Assembly: GCA_002774795.1 (NCBI GenBank)
Contig: PCYI01000001.1
Span: forward strand, 12,116-58,604
Reading direction: 5' to 3'
Source of the DNA: Candidatus Vogelbacteria bacterium CG10_big_fil_rev_8_21_14_0_10_51_16
Lineage (GTDB): Bacteria; Patescibacteriota; Minisyncoccia; Phycocordibacterales; JACRKE01
Length of the DNA: 46,489 nucleotides
In this document: positions 1 through 7,767 of the stretch, one piece after another
Layout of the letters: every line of letters begins with the position of its first letter
Numbering within the stretch: position 1 is the first letter of the stretch
Program-made: the position numbers and the translations under genes
Notes under the pieces: model-generated
Told to the model about the DNA's origin: nothing
Seen by the model: the letters and a program-made list of their open reading frames with translations, nothing else
Databases searched by the model: none

Positions 1-30
1 GAGGTAGTGGTTGAGCCACGTATCACCAAT

Positions 31-86
31 CTACCCCCTCCCAGCCTCCCCCTGGCCAGGGGGAGGGGCAATTTCGTAATTCACAG
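31..86. mobile_element. Partial copy of GC-palindrome MITE family A (core CCTCCCCCTGGCCAGGGGGAGGGG plus right terminal repeat AATTTCGTAATTCACAG)
   Basis: Nearly identical to the right half of the full-length copy at 43933-44106. The left end may lie beyond the window edge. Confidence 0.6.
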
Positions 87-115
87 TCTTATTACGCACG
101 AGTTGGGAGTCTCGC

Positions 116-1504
116 CTAAGGCACAAGACTGCCTGGAATATTTGGTGCTACCTTCGGGACCGTTTCGAGCTCTATTACCGACGCCCCCACATCCGCATCA
201 TTTTGCGGTTTATCTTTTGTGTCAGACGAACTATCTGTATTATTTGCTTCTGGCATTATTCCAAAGTTTGCAGACTGAATTGGTGTGGCTTGCGCGTTTG
301 TCGTAGTGGCTGCTGGGACGGCATTCACAATAGTAGTCCCCGTGGGAGAAGTCGCATCCCGCGGTGCCTCACCTATAACAGAGGCAGAGGGAGCGCTTGT
401 GCCCGTGGCCACACCCTCATTAAGACGCGCGCCGACTGACACAGTTACGAGATCGTGCGTGGCAATGTGTGGACGACGACTAGCTTCTTCGGAAAACAAG
501 AGTACTTCAGTGGCAATACGCTTGGCATTCTGGGCGAGTCCGAATGCTTCTCTCGAAGAGTCTGCCTCTAGCTTCAGATTGGCCTCGCGCATAAGCTCTT
601 TTGCAACAGCTAGGTACGCGCTCGACTCCTCACGCGCCGTATCGGCAACCAAGAGAGAGCGCCTAGCAGTCTCTTCAGCACGTGTTATTAGAGTATCGAG
701 ATTGCGAATCTTTGCAACCACTATCTTGTCAACGACCTGGTCGGGTTGAACCACCACCAGATCCTCGGCTTTCATACGCTCTTTGGCAACCGCTTCGCGT
801 TGCTCTCGCACCGCCACAAGCGCCACCAGAATATCTCCTTGCGCCACACTATTATCATCATTGCCGGCGGATACTAAGGCGAGGACTTTCTCGCGCACCT
901 GAAGCGAGATTTCTAGATCAGAGTTAAACTCCGCTGCAAAAAAAGCCTTCTCCCCTGCTTTTTGTCCCTGAACAACACTACTAACGCTCGCATTTACTTT
1001 TTCCATGTGTCCGAGAAAATCGGCCTCAAGCGCGCTTCGATTGGCCACAGTTAAACTACCGCGTTCCGCAAGAGTGGCCAACTCTTCTAGTCGAAGTAAA
1101 GCAAGCTCGGCCTCGAGTTTCGCCCGAGACTCCTTACTTACAGCAAGAGCTCTACGAAAAGGTTCGTTGATGTCCTTTTTAATCACATAAAGTGCTTCTC
1201 CAGGCAAGGCATCGGCCGCCGCGAGAGAAACGCTTGATCCAAGAATAACAAATGCCGCCACAAGAAAGGCCACAACGCGCCGACGCGCCAGCATTTGATA
1301 GCCCAAAAAGACGCTCCACTGTTGATACTGTTGAGCACTCACCGCGCTCAAAGTGGGAACTACGTCGCTATTTGCATTACCGGCAGACATGCTTGACACG
1401 ATTCTTATGCGCGCATTTCTCTTTGCGCGCTCACCCAGAGTAATGTGCTGTCTCACCTTAGTAAGAAGATCTTGCATGTTTAATTGATTGTTGTTTATAT
1501 TCAT
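116..1504 (-). CDS. Putative anti-sigma factor / DUF5667-like single-pass membrane protein
   Basis: ORF 116-1567, probable ATG at 1504 (MNINNNQ). One hydrophobic helix (VVAFLVAAFVILGSSVSLAAA) is followed by a long Ala/Glu-rich helical region. It lies immediately downstream of, and overlaps, the ECF sigma gene, the usual sigma/anti-sigma layout. Confidence 0.5.
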   Translation of the reverse strand: MNINNNQLNMQDLLTKVRQHITLGERAKRNARIRIVSSMSAGNANSDVVPTLSAVSAQQYQQWSVFLGYQMLARRRVVAFLVAAFVILGSSVSLAAADALPGEALYVIKKDINEPFRRALAVSKESRAKLEAELALLRLEELATLAERGSLTVANRSALEADFLGHMEKVNASVSSVVQGQKAGEKAFFAAEFNSDLEISLQVREKVLALVSAGNDDNSVAQGDILVALVAVREQREAVAKERMKAEDLVVVQPDQVVDKIVVAKIRNLDTLITRAEETARRSLLVADTAREESSAYLAVAKELMREANLKLEADSSREAFGLAQNAKRIATEVLLFSEEASRRPHIATHDLVTVSVGARLNEGVATGTSAPSASVIGEAPRDATSPTGTTIVNAVPAATTTNAQATPIQSANFGIMPEANNTDSSSDTKDKPQNDADVGASVIELETVPKVAPNIPGSLVP

Positions 1505-2051
1505 CTTGTTCTCTTTTCGCTTCAAGTAAGGCACCCTCCCTGACTCTCGCCGACTCCAGAAGTTCACGCGCTCTCTTTAGGCCACGATGCAAGCGCACAG
1601 AAACGGCATTTTCTGTCTGGCCCAATATTTCAGAAATTTCCCGCGGAGAAAGTTCGTCTATGTAGCGCATGGTCATAACATCACGAAACTGTGGCTCAAG
1701 CTCATCAAGAACACGAAGGGCTCTCGCCACGTCAAGACGTACCTCTTCCGAGGGAAGCGAGTCGTCTACCGGATCAAAACCTTCCTCTTGCATTCGGTCT
1801 AGCGAACTAGAACGTTTCTTGCGAAAACCATCGACTACCAAATTATTAGCCACGCGGTATAAAAATGCCTTAATGTTATCTATTTTTCCCCCTCGCTCTA
1901 AATACTGCCAGACACGAAGAAATGTCTCTTGAGCCAAATCTTCTGCGTGCTCTCGATTAGACGTCCGAAAGAAACAGTGCCTGAAGATGGCGTCTGCATA
2001 TAGGTCATAGGCATTCAGAAATTCCTGTTGAGTTACATCTGGCACTTCCAT
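1458..2051 (-). CDS. ECF-type RNA polymerase sigma-70 family factor
   Basis: Region 2 (DLAQETFLRVWQYL, FLYRVANNLVVD) and region 4 (RDVMTMRYIDELSPREISEILGQTENAVSVRLHRGLKRA) are readable. Start taken at MEVPD (2051) rather than the ORF-track start 2096. Confidence 0.85.
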   Translation of the reverse strand: MEVPDVTQQEFLNAYDLYADAIFRHCFFRTSNREHAEDLAQETFLRVWQYLERGGKIDNIKAFLYRVANNLVVDGFRKKRSSSLDRMQEEGFDPVDDSLPSEEVRLDVARALRVLDELEPQFRDVMTMRYIDELSPREISEILGQTENAVSVRLHRGLKRARELLESARVREGALLEAKREQDEYKQQSIKHARSSY

Positions 2052-2279
2052 ACAATACGACGTAGTCTTTAAGCTATTCTTTCCGACAGATCTCAAGGCA
2101 AAGCAGACATTCTACTGTACGCCACAATACGCATACTGTCCAGGCCCACGGACCACTTCTTGGGACTGGTGGCTAGTGGCTGGTTTAGCCGGTCCAAAGG
2201 AGTCCCTTGTTGTTTATACACACCTTGATATTGAATCGCAGTGATATACTTTGAGATAATAATTAATCAAACTACAATT

Positions 2280-2492
2280 ATGCACGTCACTCTTCGTTCA
2301 TACGCTTTTCTCTCTGGCATCCTATTTGCCATGATTGCACTTGTCCATGCCGTAAGACTTTATTATGGCTGGGAAGCCATAATCAATGGCTGGGTGATCC
2401 CAATGTGGGTAAGCTGGACTGTCGTCATTATTGGTGTTCTCATTGCTTGGGAGGCGGTGAAGTTAAGCGGATACAAGGGTCGGAACTCTTAG
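2280..2492 (+). CDS. Small hypothetical membrane protein (two predicted TM helices)
   Basis: ORF 2241-2492, ATG at 2280. Hydrophobic segments FLSGILFAMIALVHAV and WVSWTVVIIGVLIAW. No family recognised. Confidence 0.4.
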   Translation: MHVTLRSYAFLSGILFAMIALVHAVRLYYGWEAIINGWVIPMWVSWTVVIIGVLIAWEAVKLSGYKGRNS

Positions 2493-2559
2493 ATTCAGAG
2501 ATTCATAGATGCTTAGGTGCTCGTTTGACGACGCAACAAGAGTCGCGTATTGTTTTGTT

Positions 2560-3372
2560 ATGTCCATACAGTCACTACCTTCCGGTTCAGAACGAAAATC
2601 ATCAAAGGCTAGACAATCACCGCAAAGTACCTCATGGGGTGGGGTGGCTTCGTGGTACGAAGAGAGTGTAGAAAACCGTGAGTCATACCAAATGAAGGTG
2701 ATTCTCCCGCACTTACTTCGCCTTATGGCTCTGCAACCTCGTGAACAAGTACTAGACCTTGCTTGTGGCTCCGGTTTTTTCGCACATCGCTTCGCGGAAA
2801 CGGGCGCTAGTGTCACTGGCATTGATATAGCCCCGGAACTTATCGCTCTGGCTAAGCGCAAAGCCATTCATGGAGAAGAGTTTTTAGTGGCTCCCTCTGA
2901 CAGGCTCCCTTCCACCGACCAACGCTTTGCCAAAGTGGCAATAGTGCTCGCCCTCCAGAATATTCGCAATCTTGAAGCCACCCTCTTTGAGTGCCAGCGA
3001 GTACTGCAACCGATGGGTTCTCTATACTTAGTTCTAAACCACCCTGCCTTTCGTATCCCCAAAGAGAGCCGCTGGGGTTTTGATGTGGGGAGCAGTACTC
3101 AATATAGACGTCTGGATAGCTATCTTTCTGAATCACACACAGAGATCGCCATGGCCCCCAGCAAAGGAAAACTTTCGGAAACGACCATAAGCTTCCACCG
3201 CCCTCTGCAGGTGTACGTAAAAGCTCTGCGCAAATGTGGCTTCGCTGTCACCGGCCTCGAGGAGTGGATTTCGCACAAAAAGAGCGCGCTCGGACCACAC
3301 GCCAAGGCGGAGGACACCGCGAGAAAAGAGTTTCCGCTGTTTTTATACTTAGAAGCTATCAAGTTGCCTTAG
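2560..3372 (+). CDS. Class I SAM-dependent methyltransferase
   Basis: Motif I VLDLACGSGFF, then the acidic loop GIDIAPELI. Start taken at MSIQ (2560). Confidence 0.75.
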   Translation: MSIQSLPSGSERKSSKARQSPQSTSWGGVASWYEESVENRESYQMKVILPHLLRLMALQPREQVLDLACGSGFFAHRFAETGASVTGIDIAPELIALAKRKAIHGEEFLVAPSDRLPSTDQRFAKVAIVLALQNIRNLEATLFECQRVLQPMGSLYLVLNHPAFRIPKESRWGFDVGSSTQYRRLDSYLSESHTEIAMAPSKGKLSETTISFHRPLQVYVKALRKCGFAVTGLEEWISHKKSALGPHAKAEDTARKEFPLFLYLEAIKLP

Positions 3373-3410
3373 TTATCCACACATAAACATTAAGTGTTTA
3401 TGTGTGGATA
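3373..3410. repeat. Perfect 16-bp-stem palindrome whose outer arms are the DnaA-box consensus (TTATCCACA / TGTGGATA)
   Basis: TTATCCACACATAAACA-ttaag-TGTTTATGTGTGGATA starts directly after the methyltransferase TAG. Same architecture as 5766-5806. Confidence 0.8.
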
Positions 3411-3454
3411 GAAAACAAGAACCCGCCGCGAGGACGAGTCCTGCCTCGGGCGGG
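3411..3454 (-). terminator. Intrinsic terminator-like hairpin for the 3470-3916 gene
   Basis: On the minus strand ACCCGCCGAGGCAGG...CCTCGCGGCGGGT is followed by TCTTGTTTTC. Confidence 0.5.
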
Positions 3455-3469
3455 TACGGGGTTTGCTGT

Positions 3470-3916
3470 CTATGTTGACCTGACAGGTCCGGAAAAGGCC
3501 TCGCTTACGTCTTCAATCAGTCGCTCGAAGTTCTGCCTCATGAAGCGCCCCCAGAGCAAAGCAGTTCGGCCCGACCCTCGAAAAATGTGCACCTCGTCCG
3601 GAAGGGCGCGGATACTAATATTGCCGCCCTGAAGCTTCAGTGGGGTCCGCCGGTACTTCGCTCTTTCAAAAGCAAGAGCCAGGTCCAAAAGAATAACACG
3701 AAAAACCTCCCCCTCCAAGCCTTCTTGAAGCTCCACCAATCCATATGAACACCAGACGAATCCCTTCCGGCATCCGTCATGGCGACCTGCAAACCAGACG
3801 ACAAAACGGCGGAAGTCGACGTCGAGGGTTTGCACGCTAGCCCGTCCTCCTCGCTGAGTCAGCGAGCTACCTATTCTGTTCGACACTCGTGGGGTCTTTT
3901 TTCTTCTCTTGACCAT
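3470..3916 (-). CDS. Hypothetical protein (about 148 aa), family not recognised
   Basis: ATG at 3916 is preceded by the purine-rich SD-like run AGGAGAGGAGAGGA. It has its own downstream hairpin with a T-run. No motif I can name. Confidence 0.45.
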   Translation of the reverse strand: MVKRRKKTPRVSNRIGSSLTQRGGRASVQTLDVDFRRFVVWFAGRHDGCRKGFVWCSYGLVELQEGLEGEVFRVILLDLALAFERAKYRRTPLKLQGGNISIRALPDEVHIFRGSGRTALLWGRFMRQNFERLIEDVSEAFSGPVRST

Positions 3917-3987
3917 CAATCCTCTCCTCTCCTTTCCTTTGTCCTCTCTGTCCTCAATTTACTAGAAGCGTGCTAGGATTGTCAATC

Positions 3988-5424
3988 ATGGAGTTTTCGA
4001 TAGATAAAAAAGCACAAGGCGCTCTTGCTCGAGCCGGTATCTTGACCACTGGCCACGGGGTCATCAATACGCCCGCTTTTGTAACAGTCGGCACCAAGGC
4101 GACCGTGAAAGCCCTCACCCCAGAAGAGGTGGCCTCTCTGGGCGGAGAGGTGGTGCTCGCAAACACCTACCACCTATACCTCCAACCGGGCGACGAGCTT
4201 ATCTGCAAGTCGGGTGGTCTACATAAATTCATGAACTGGTATGGTCCCACCATGACCGACTCCGGCGGGTTCCAGGTATTCTCCCTTGGCGTAGCGCTTG
4301 GATCGGGAATCTCCAAACTCTCCAAGCCCTACGCCACGCAGATTACCGCAAATGTAGAGCGGATAGGCGCGGATAGAACCCCTCCACGCAATACCCTAAA
4401 AATATTCACAAATGAGCCCGCATCCAGTCCGCGTCAGTCGGCGTCTAGTCCGCAAATGTCCGTGGCGCACGATGGGCCAAAGTCCCTAGTGCGCATCGAT
4501 GAGGATGGCGTGACCTTTCGGTCTCACCTCGACGGCTCGAAGCATCTCTTTACGCCGGAGCGCTCGATGGAGATCCAGCACAATATCGGCGCCGATATCA
4601 TCTTTGCGTTCGACGAATGCACCTCCCCCACAGCATCCTATGACTACCAACGCGAAGCGATGGCCCGCACCCACCGTTGGGCAGAGCGCTCGCTCGCTCG
4701 CCACCGCGAGCTTGAAACAAGCGACCCCCTTCCATACACGCAAGCGTTATTCGGCATCGTACAAGGTGGCCGACACCGAGATTTGCGTGAAGAGAGCGCC
4801 CGTTTCATTGGCTCTCTTGCCTTTGACGGCTTCGGCATCGGTGGCTCTTTTGATAAGGCAGACATGGGAGACGCTGTCTCGTGGGTAAACAGACTCTTGC
4901 CTGAAGAAAAACCGAGACACCTTTTAGGTATCGGCGACCCGTGTGACCTTTTTTTGGCAGTCGAGAACGGTTGCGACCTCTTTGACTGTGTGGCCCCCAC
5001 CCGCCAAGCGCGCAATGGCTCTCTCTACACAGCACAAGGCCGCATCAATATCACGAACGCCCGCTATCGCACCGACCTTTCCCCTATCGACCCCACCTGC
5101 ACCTGTAGTGTTTGTACGGGTGGTATGCCCCATCCCCCGGCCGGGGGAGGGCTGGGGTGGGGTAGATCTTATGGTCCTAACCCATACCTTCCTTCGCAAA
5201 CTGCTTCACCAATCGGCATTAGCAAGATGTCCTACACCCGCGCCTACCTCGCCCACCTTTTTCGGGCCGAAGAGCTCCTCGCCTACCGCTTAGCCTCCAT
5301 CCACAACCTCCACTTTATTGTCAATCTGGTGAAAAAAATGCGCGCCTCACTTCTCAATGACACCTTCTTTAAGCTTAAAGAAGAGTTTCTGCAAACATAC
5401 GGCAATTCAACCACAAACCGATAG
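3988..5424 (+). CDS. tgt: Queuine tRNA-ribosyltransferase (tRNA-guanine transglycosylase) carrying two in-frame insertions
   Basis: MEFSIDKK...ARAGILTTGHGVINTPAFVTVGT, TDSGGFQVFSL, FAFDECTS, zinc motif CTCSVC...H, C-terminal IHNLHF. See findings for the insertions. Confidence 0.9.
   Translation: MEFSIDKKAQGALARAGILTTGHGVINTPAFVTVGTKATVKALTPEEVASLGGEVVLANTYHLYLQPGDELICKSGGLHKFMNWYGPTMTDSGGFQVFSLGVALGSGISKLSKPYATQITANVERIGADRTPPRNTLKIFTNEPASSPRQSASSPQMSVAHDGPKSLVRIDEDGVTFRSHLDGSKHLFTPERSMEIQHNIGADIIFAFDECTSPTASYDYQREAMARTHRWAERSLARHRELETSDPLPYTQALFGIVQGGRHRDLREESARFIGSLAFDGFGIGGSFDKADMGDAVSWVNRLLPEEKPRHLLGIGDPCDLFLAVENGCDLFDCVAPTRQARNGSLYTAQGRINITNARYRTDLSPIDPTCTCSVCTGGMPHPPAGGGLGWGRSYGPNPYLPSQTASPIGISKMSYTRAYLAHLFRAEELLAYRLASIHNLHFIVNLVKKMRASLLNDTFFKLKEEFLQTYGNSTTNR
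4404..4464 (+). repeat. Family D element (ATTCACAA head plus four GTCCGNN units spaced 10/11/10 bp) inside the tgt ORF, in frame
   Basis: Units start at 4427, 4437, 4448 and 4458. Alignable to the intergenic copy at 22478-22542; the four-unit array also matches 7346-7384. Confidence 0.65.
5128..5165. repeat. Family A palindrome core (reverse orientation) inside the tgt ORF, in frame
   Basis: CCCCATCCCCCGGCCGGGGGAGGGCTGGGGTGGGGTAG versus the reverse complement of the intergenic core, CCCCTCCCCCTGGCCAGGGGGAGGTTGGGAGGGGGTAG. Confidence 0.7.
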
Positions 5425-5437
5425 CATATACTCCACT

Positions 5438-5462
5438 CATTTAGTAGCAAGGCTACTAAATG
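5438..5462 (+). terminator. Conserved hairpin CATTTAGTAGC-aag-GCTACTAAATG just after the tgt stop (family G)
   Basis: 11-bp stem. The same stem sequence recurs at the rnhB stop (32935-32959). There is no clear T-run, so the terminator role is inferred. Confidence 0.4.
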
Positions 5463-5492
5463 GTAAATAAGCCATAGGCCAACTTAATAGCC

Positions 5493-5759
5493 ATGAAATC
5501 TTTTCGAGAACGCGTGCTTGTGGTCGTCAGCAGTATCCCGAAAGGCCACACCGCGACGTACGCGCAGGTGGCCGCCAAGGCGGGCAACCCCAAAGCGGCG
5601 CGGGCCATCGGGACCATTATGCGGAAGAACTTCAACCCCTTGATCCCCTGCCACCGTGTAGTCCGGAGTGACGGCACCGTGGGCGAATACAACCGCGGCG
5701 GCCCCGGCGCAAAAACGAAGCTCCTGCACACAGAAAGCGCAACCTTGAGACATTCTTGA
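5493..5759 (+). CDS. ogt: Methylated-DNA-protein-cysteine methyltransferase, C-terminal (DNA-binding/active-site) domain only
   Basis: IPKGHTATYAQVA...NPLIPCHRVV contains the PCHR active-site motif. 88 aa. Confidence 0.8.
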   Translation: MKSFRERVLVVVSSIPKGHTATYAQVAAKAGNPKAARAIGTIMRKNFNPLIPCHRVVRSDGTVGEYNRGGPGAKTKLLHTESATLRHS

Positions 5760-5765
5760 CCGAGG

Positions 5766-5806
5766 TTTATCCACATACAGAGGGGAACCCTCTGTATGTG
5801 GATAAA
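5766..5806. repeat. Perfect 19-bp-stem palindrome with DnaA-box consensus arms
   Basis: TTTATCCACATACAGAGGG-gaa-CCCTCTGTATGTGGATAAA lies 7 nt after the ogt stop. Confidence 0.8.
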
Positions 5807-6033
5807 GAGGCGTTCTCCTGAATTACAAAATCCCGCACACCAGAGGTGTCGGGATTGTGGGGGACGGAGCTAATCTCAACATCCTAAAATCCAATGGGAT
5901 ACCCCCGAGCCACCTCATACTACGGGGTGGCCCGGGGGCGGTACTACACTCGCCCGCGCGTGGCGAGTTTGGGGACGCCGTGTCGTAAGCACGTCCCCCA
6001 CGAAACTATATCGAGCTATCCGCGGCTAGCGAA

Positions 6034-6804
6034 TCAGCTCGAGAAAAGCCCGTGGGCGGTCTGGCGAGAAGTGTCCACGATGGCGGTCGGCTTGGGCGTC
6101 GCCGCCCAGAGTTCGAAGTGGCCGACGATGGCGATCACGTTGGTCGGCGACAAGTGAGAGCAGGAGGTCGCAGGGGTGTGTGTCGTCCTGTCCGCCGCCC
6201 CGAAGCAGATGTCGTCGGCGAAGTTGCTTGCCGTGTAGCCGTAGCTGCCGCCGAGGCCCTCGGTGGCGAACTGGACGGGCGTACCGAGGAGCCGCGCGAG
6301 GAGGGGCGGACCGGTGTCGGTGAACCCTTCCTCATCGGTCTGGCCGACAGGGACCGGCCCGATGCCGTCTCCCGCCACCGCCAACATTTCGTGGTGGTCG
6401 ACGATGGTAGGGGAGGTGTCCGTGAAGCCATGCCAAGTCCCCTGCGAGGGGGAGTGGCAAACCGCGTGCATGTTCGCGACCATGTTGGTGGCCATCGCCT
6501 TCTTGGCAAAAGCCTTCTCGTTGGTCGCGGCGGTTCCGACGGGCCCGGTGTCCGTGGGTTCACCCAGGGCCGACATCTGCGACTGGTGCGTGGTCCCGGG
6601 GGTCATGGCGGGCTCGATGGTCTGCTCCTGGCCGATGACCGGCTGGGTCGTGGCGAGAGCGATATGTCCGTTGGCGGCGAAGGTCGGGGTGGTGGCGACC
6701 ATGAGGCCGAACATGGCCATGGCCACCAACAGGAATCCGGTGACGAGCGTCGCGGGAAGCAACGTGCCGGGGCTCAAGCCCGCGGCGGCGTGGAATCTCC
6801 TCAT
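6034..6804 (-). CDS. Hypothetical secreted/membrane-anchored protein on a high-GC island (Met/His-rich)
   Basis: N-terminal MRRFHAAAGL plus a hydrophobic helix. Third codon positions are strongly G/C. AAAGGAG lies about 9 nt upstream of the ATG. The opposite-strand ORFs look like antisense artefacts. Confidence 0.55.
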   Translation of the reverse strand: MRRFHAAAGLSPGTLLPATLVTGFLLVAMAMFGLMVATTPTFAANGHIALATTQPVIGQEQTIEPAMTPGTTHQSQMSALGEPTDTGPVGTAATNEKAFAKKAMATNMVANMHAVCHSPSQGTWHGFTDTSPTIVDHHEMLAVAGDGIGPVPVGQTDEEGFTDTGPPLLARLLGTPVQFATEGLGGSYGYTASNFADDICFGAADRTTHTPATSCSHLSPTNVIAIVGHFELWAATPKPTAIVDTSRQTAHGLFSS

Positions 6805-7225
6805 GGGAATCGTTTCTCCTTTCGGGGCGGGGCTTTTTCGGGGGGGTCTCCCTCAGCGTGCCCCGCCGTTCTTTCTCCGAAATTAGCCAACTCCTCCGTG
6901 CGTTTCTCTGACTCTCTATCCTTCCGACCGTTCGGCCGGTTTTTCTTCTCGCGAAATCCTCCTTTCGAAAAGTGGCGAGAAAGAAAACTAAGGGTTAGAG
7001 AAGACAGAAAACGCTTTGTTGTAGTACTTTTGTGAAAGAGCTATGTGGGCATTGGCCCACATAGCTCATTAGGAGCGAAGTGGGAATGTTTGCCTATCTG
7101 CTATAAACTTACACCTCTGCCATAAATGACGCAAGTCCCTTGCCCGTCTCTGTGGAAAAAATGTGGAAAACGAGTTGACAAACTCATGTAAATCTCCACG
7201 ACCGCACCACACGACCAGTGGTAAT

Positions 7226-7260
7226 CTACCCCCTCCAACTCCCCCTGGCCAGGGGGAGGG
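7226..7260. repeat. Family A palindrome core only (no terminal repeats)
   Basis: CTACCCCCTCCAACTCCCCCTGGCCAGGGGGAGGG. Confidence 0.7.
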
Positions 7261-7263
7261 CCT

Positions 7264-7302
7264 GAACAACAAAGAGCGGCCAAAAGCCGCTCTTTGTTGT
7301 TC
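7264..7302 (-). terminator. Hairpin GAACAACAAAGAGCGGC-caaaa-GCCGCTCTTTGTTGTTC (family F)
   Basis: 17-bp stem downstream of the YtxH-like gene. A near-identical hairpin lies at 8171-8205. Confidence 0.55.
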
Positions 7303-7345
7303 TTCCGCGTATAACTGCATAAAATCTACGCCGATCTGCAATTTC

Positions 7346-7384
7346 GTCCGCGTCCTGTCCGCGCTAATCCGCGTCTTGTCCGCG
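7346..7384 (+). repeat. Family D phased array: GTCCGCG x4 at 11/10/11-bp spacing
   Basis: Units start at 7346, 7357, 7367 (ATCCGCG) and 7378. The array abuts the stop codon of the 7386-7757 gene. Confidence 0.75.
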
Positions 7385-7385
7385 T

Positions 7386-7757
7386 CTACTTCTCCATACT
7401 CTTCCGGATGGCGGCCCAGTGCTTTTTCATATCGCGCACCATGGCTCGCACTTCATCTTTATCTACGTTTTTGAGATTCTCATACTTCTCACCCACCTTT
7501 TCCACGATGGCATCAAAGGTCTCTTTGTTCATCTCCTTCGCCTGCGCAAGACGCTCCATGACCTCCGCCTTAGCTTTCAGACCCCAGCTTCTGATTTTAT
7601 TTTTAGTCTTTGTATCTTGGCGCCCATAAACAAAAAGCGCTCCGGCCACCGCGGCCGCCGTAGCGGCCAAGGCAATAGCTCCCTTTTGTACTCCGCTTAG
7701 TTTTTTACTTGTCGACTTGCTGGCTGTCGTGACTTTTTTTGAGATTGATTTAGACAT
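7386..7757 (-). CDS. YtxH-like protein (N-terminal TM helix plus coiled coil)
   Basis: GAIALAATAAAVAGALFVYG helix, then a charged helical tail. Adjacent to a DUF948-like gene, as in Firmicutes (from memory). Confidence 0.55.
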   Translation of the reverse strand: MSKSISKKVTTASKSTSKKLSGVQKGAIALAATAAAVAGALFVYGRQDTKTKNKIRSWGLKAKAEVMERLAQAKEMNKETFDAIVEKVGEKYENLKNVDKDEVRAMVRDMKKHWAAIRKSMEK

Positions 7758-7767
7758 GGTGATGCAA

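Noticed and set aside
7-306. ORFs 7-306(+) and 43949-44377(+) encoding ...PPPNLPLARGRGNF...
   Set aside because: They are translations of family A MITE copies, and they overlap better-supported genes on the other strand.
3373-5806. Replication origin (oriC) suggested by perfect DnaA boxes
   Set aside because: There are only five boxes in 46 kb. Four of them are paired as arms of two hairpins at gene 3-prime ends. There is no AT-rich unwinding element, no box cluster and no dnaA/dnaN nearby.
6052-7035. 327-aa plus-strand ORF, plus 6135-6563(-) and 6263-6886(+), overlapping the island 1 gene
   Set aside because: The translations are Arg/Gly/Pro-rich and antisense-looking. These ORFs have no signal sequence, SD or sensible start. 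Long open frames on all strands are expected in high-GC DNA. Only 6034-6804(-) shows the G/C third-position pattern and an SD.
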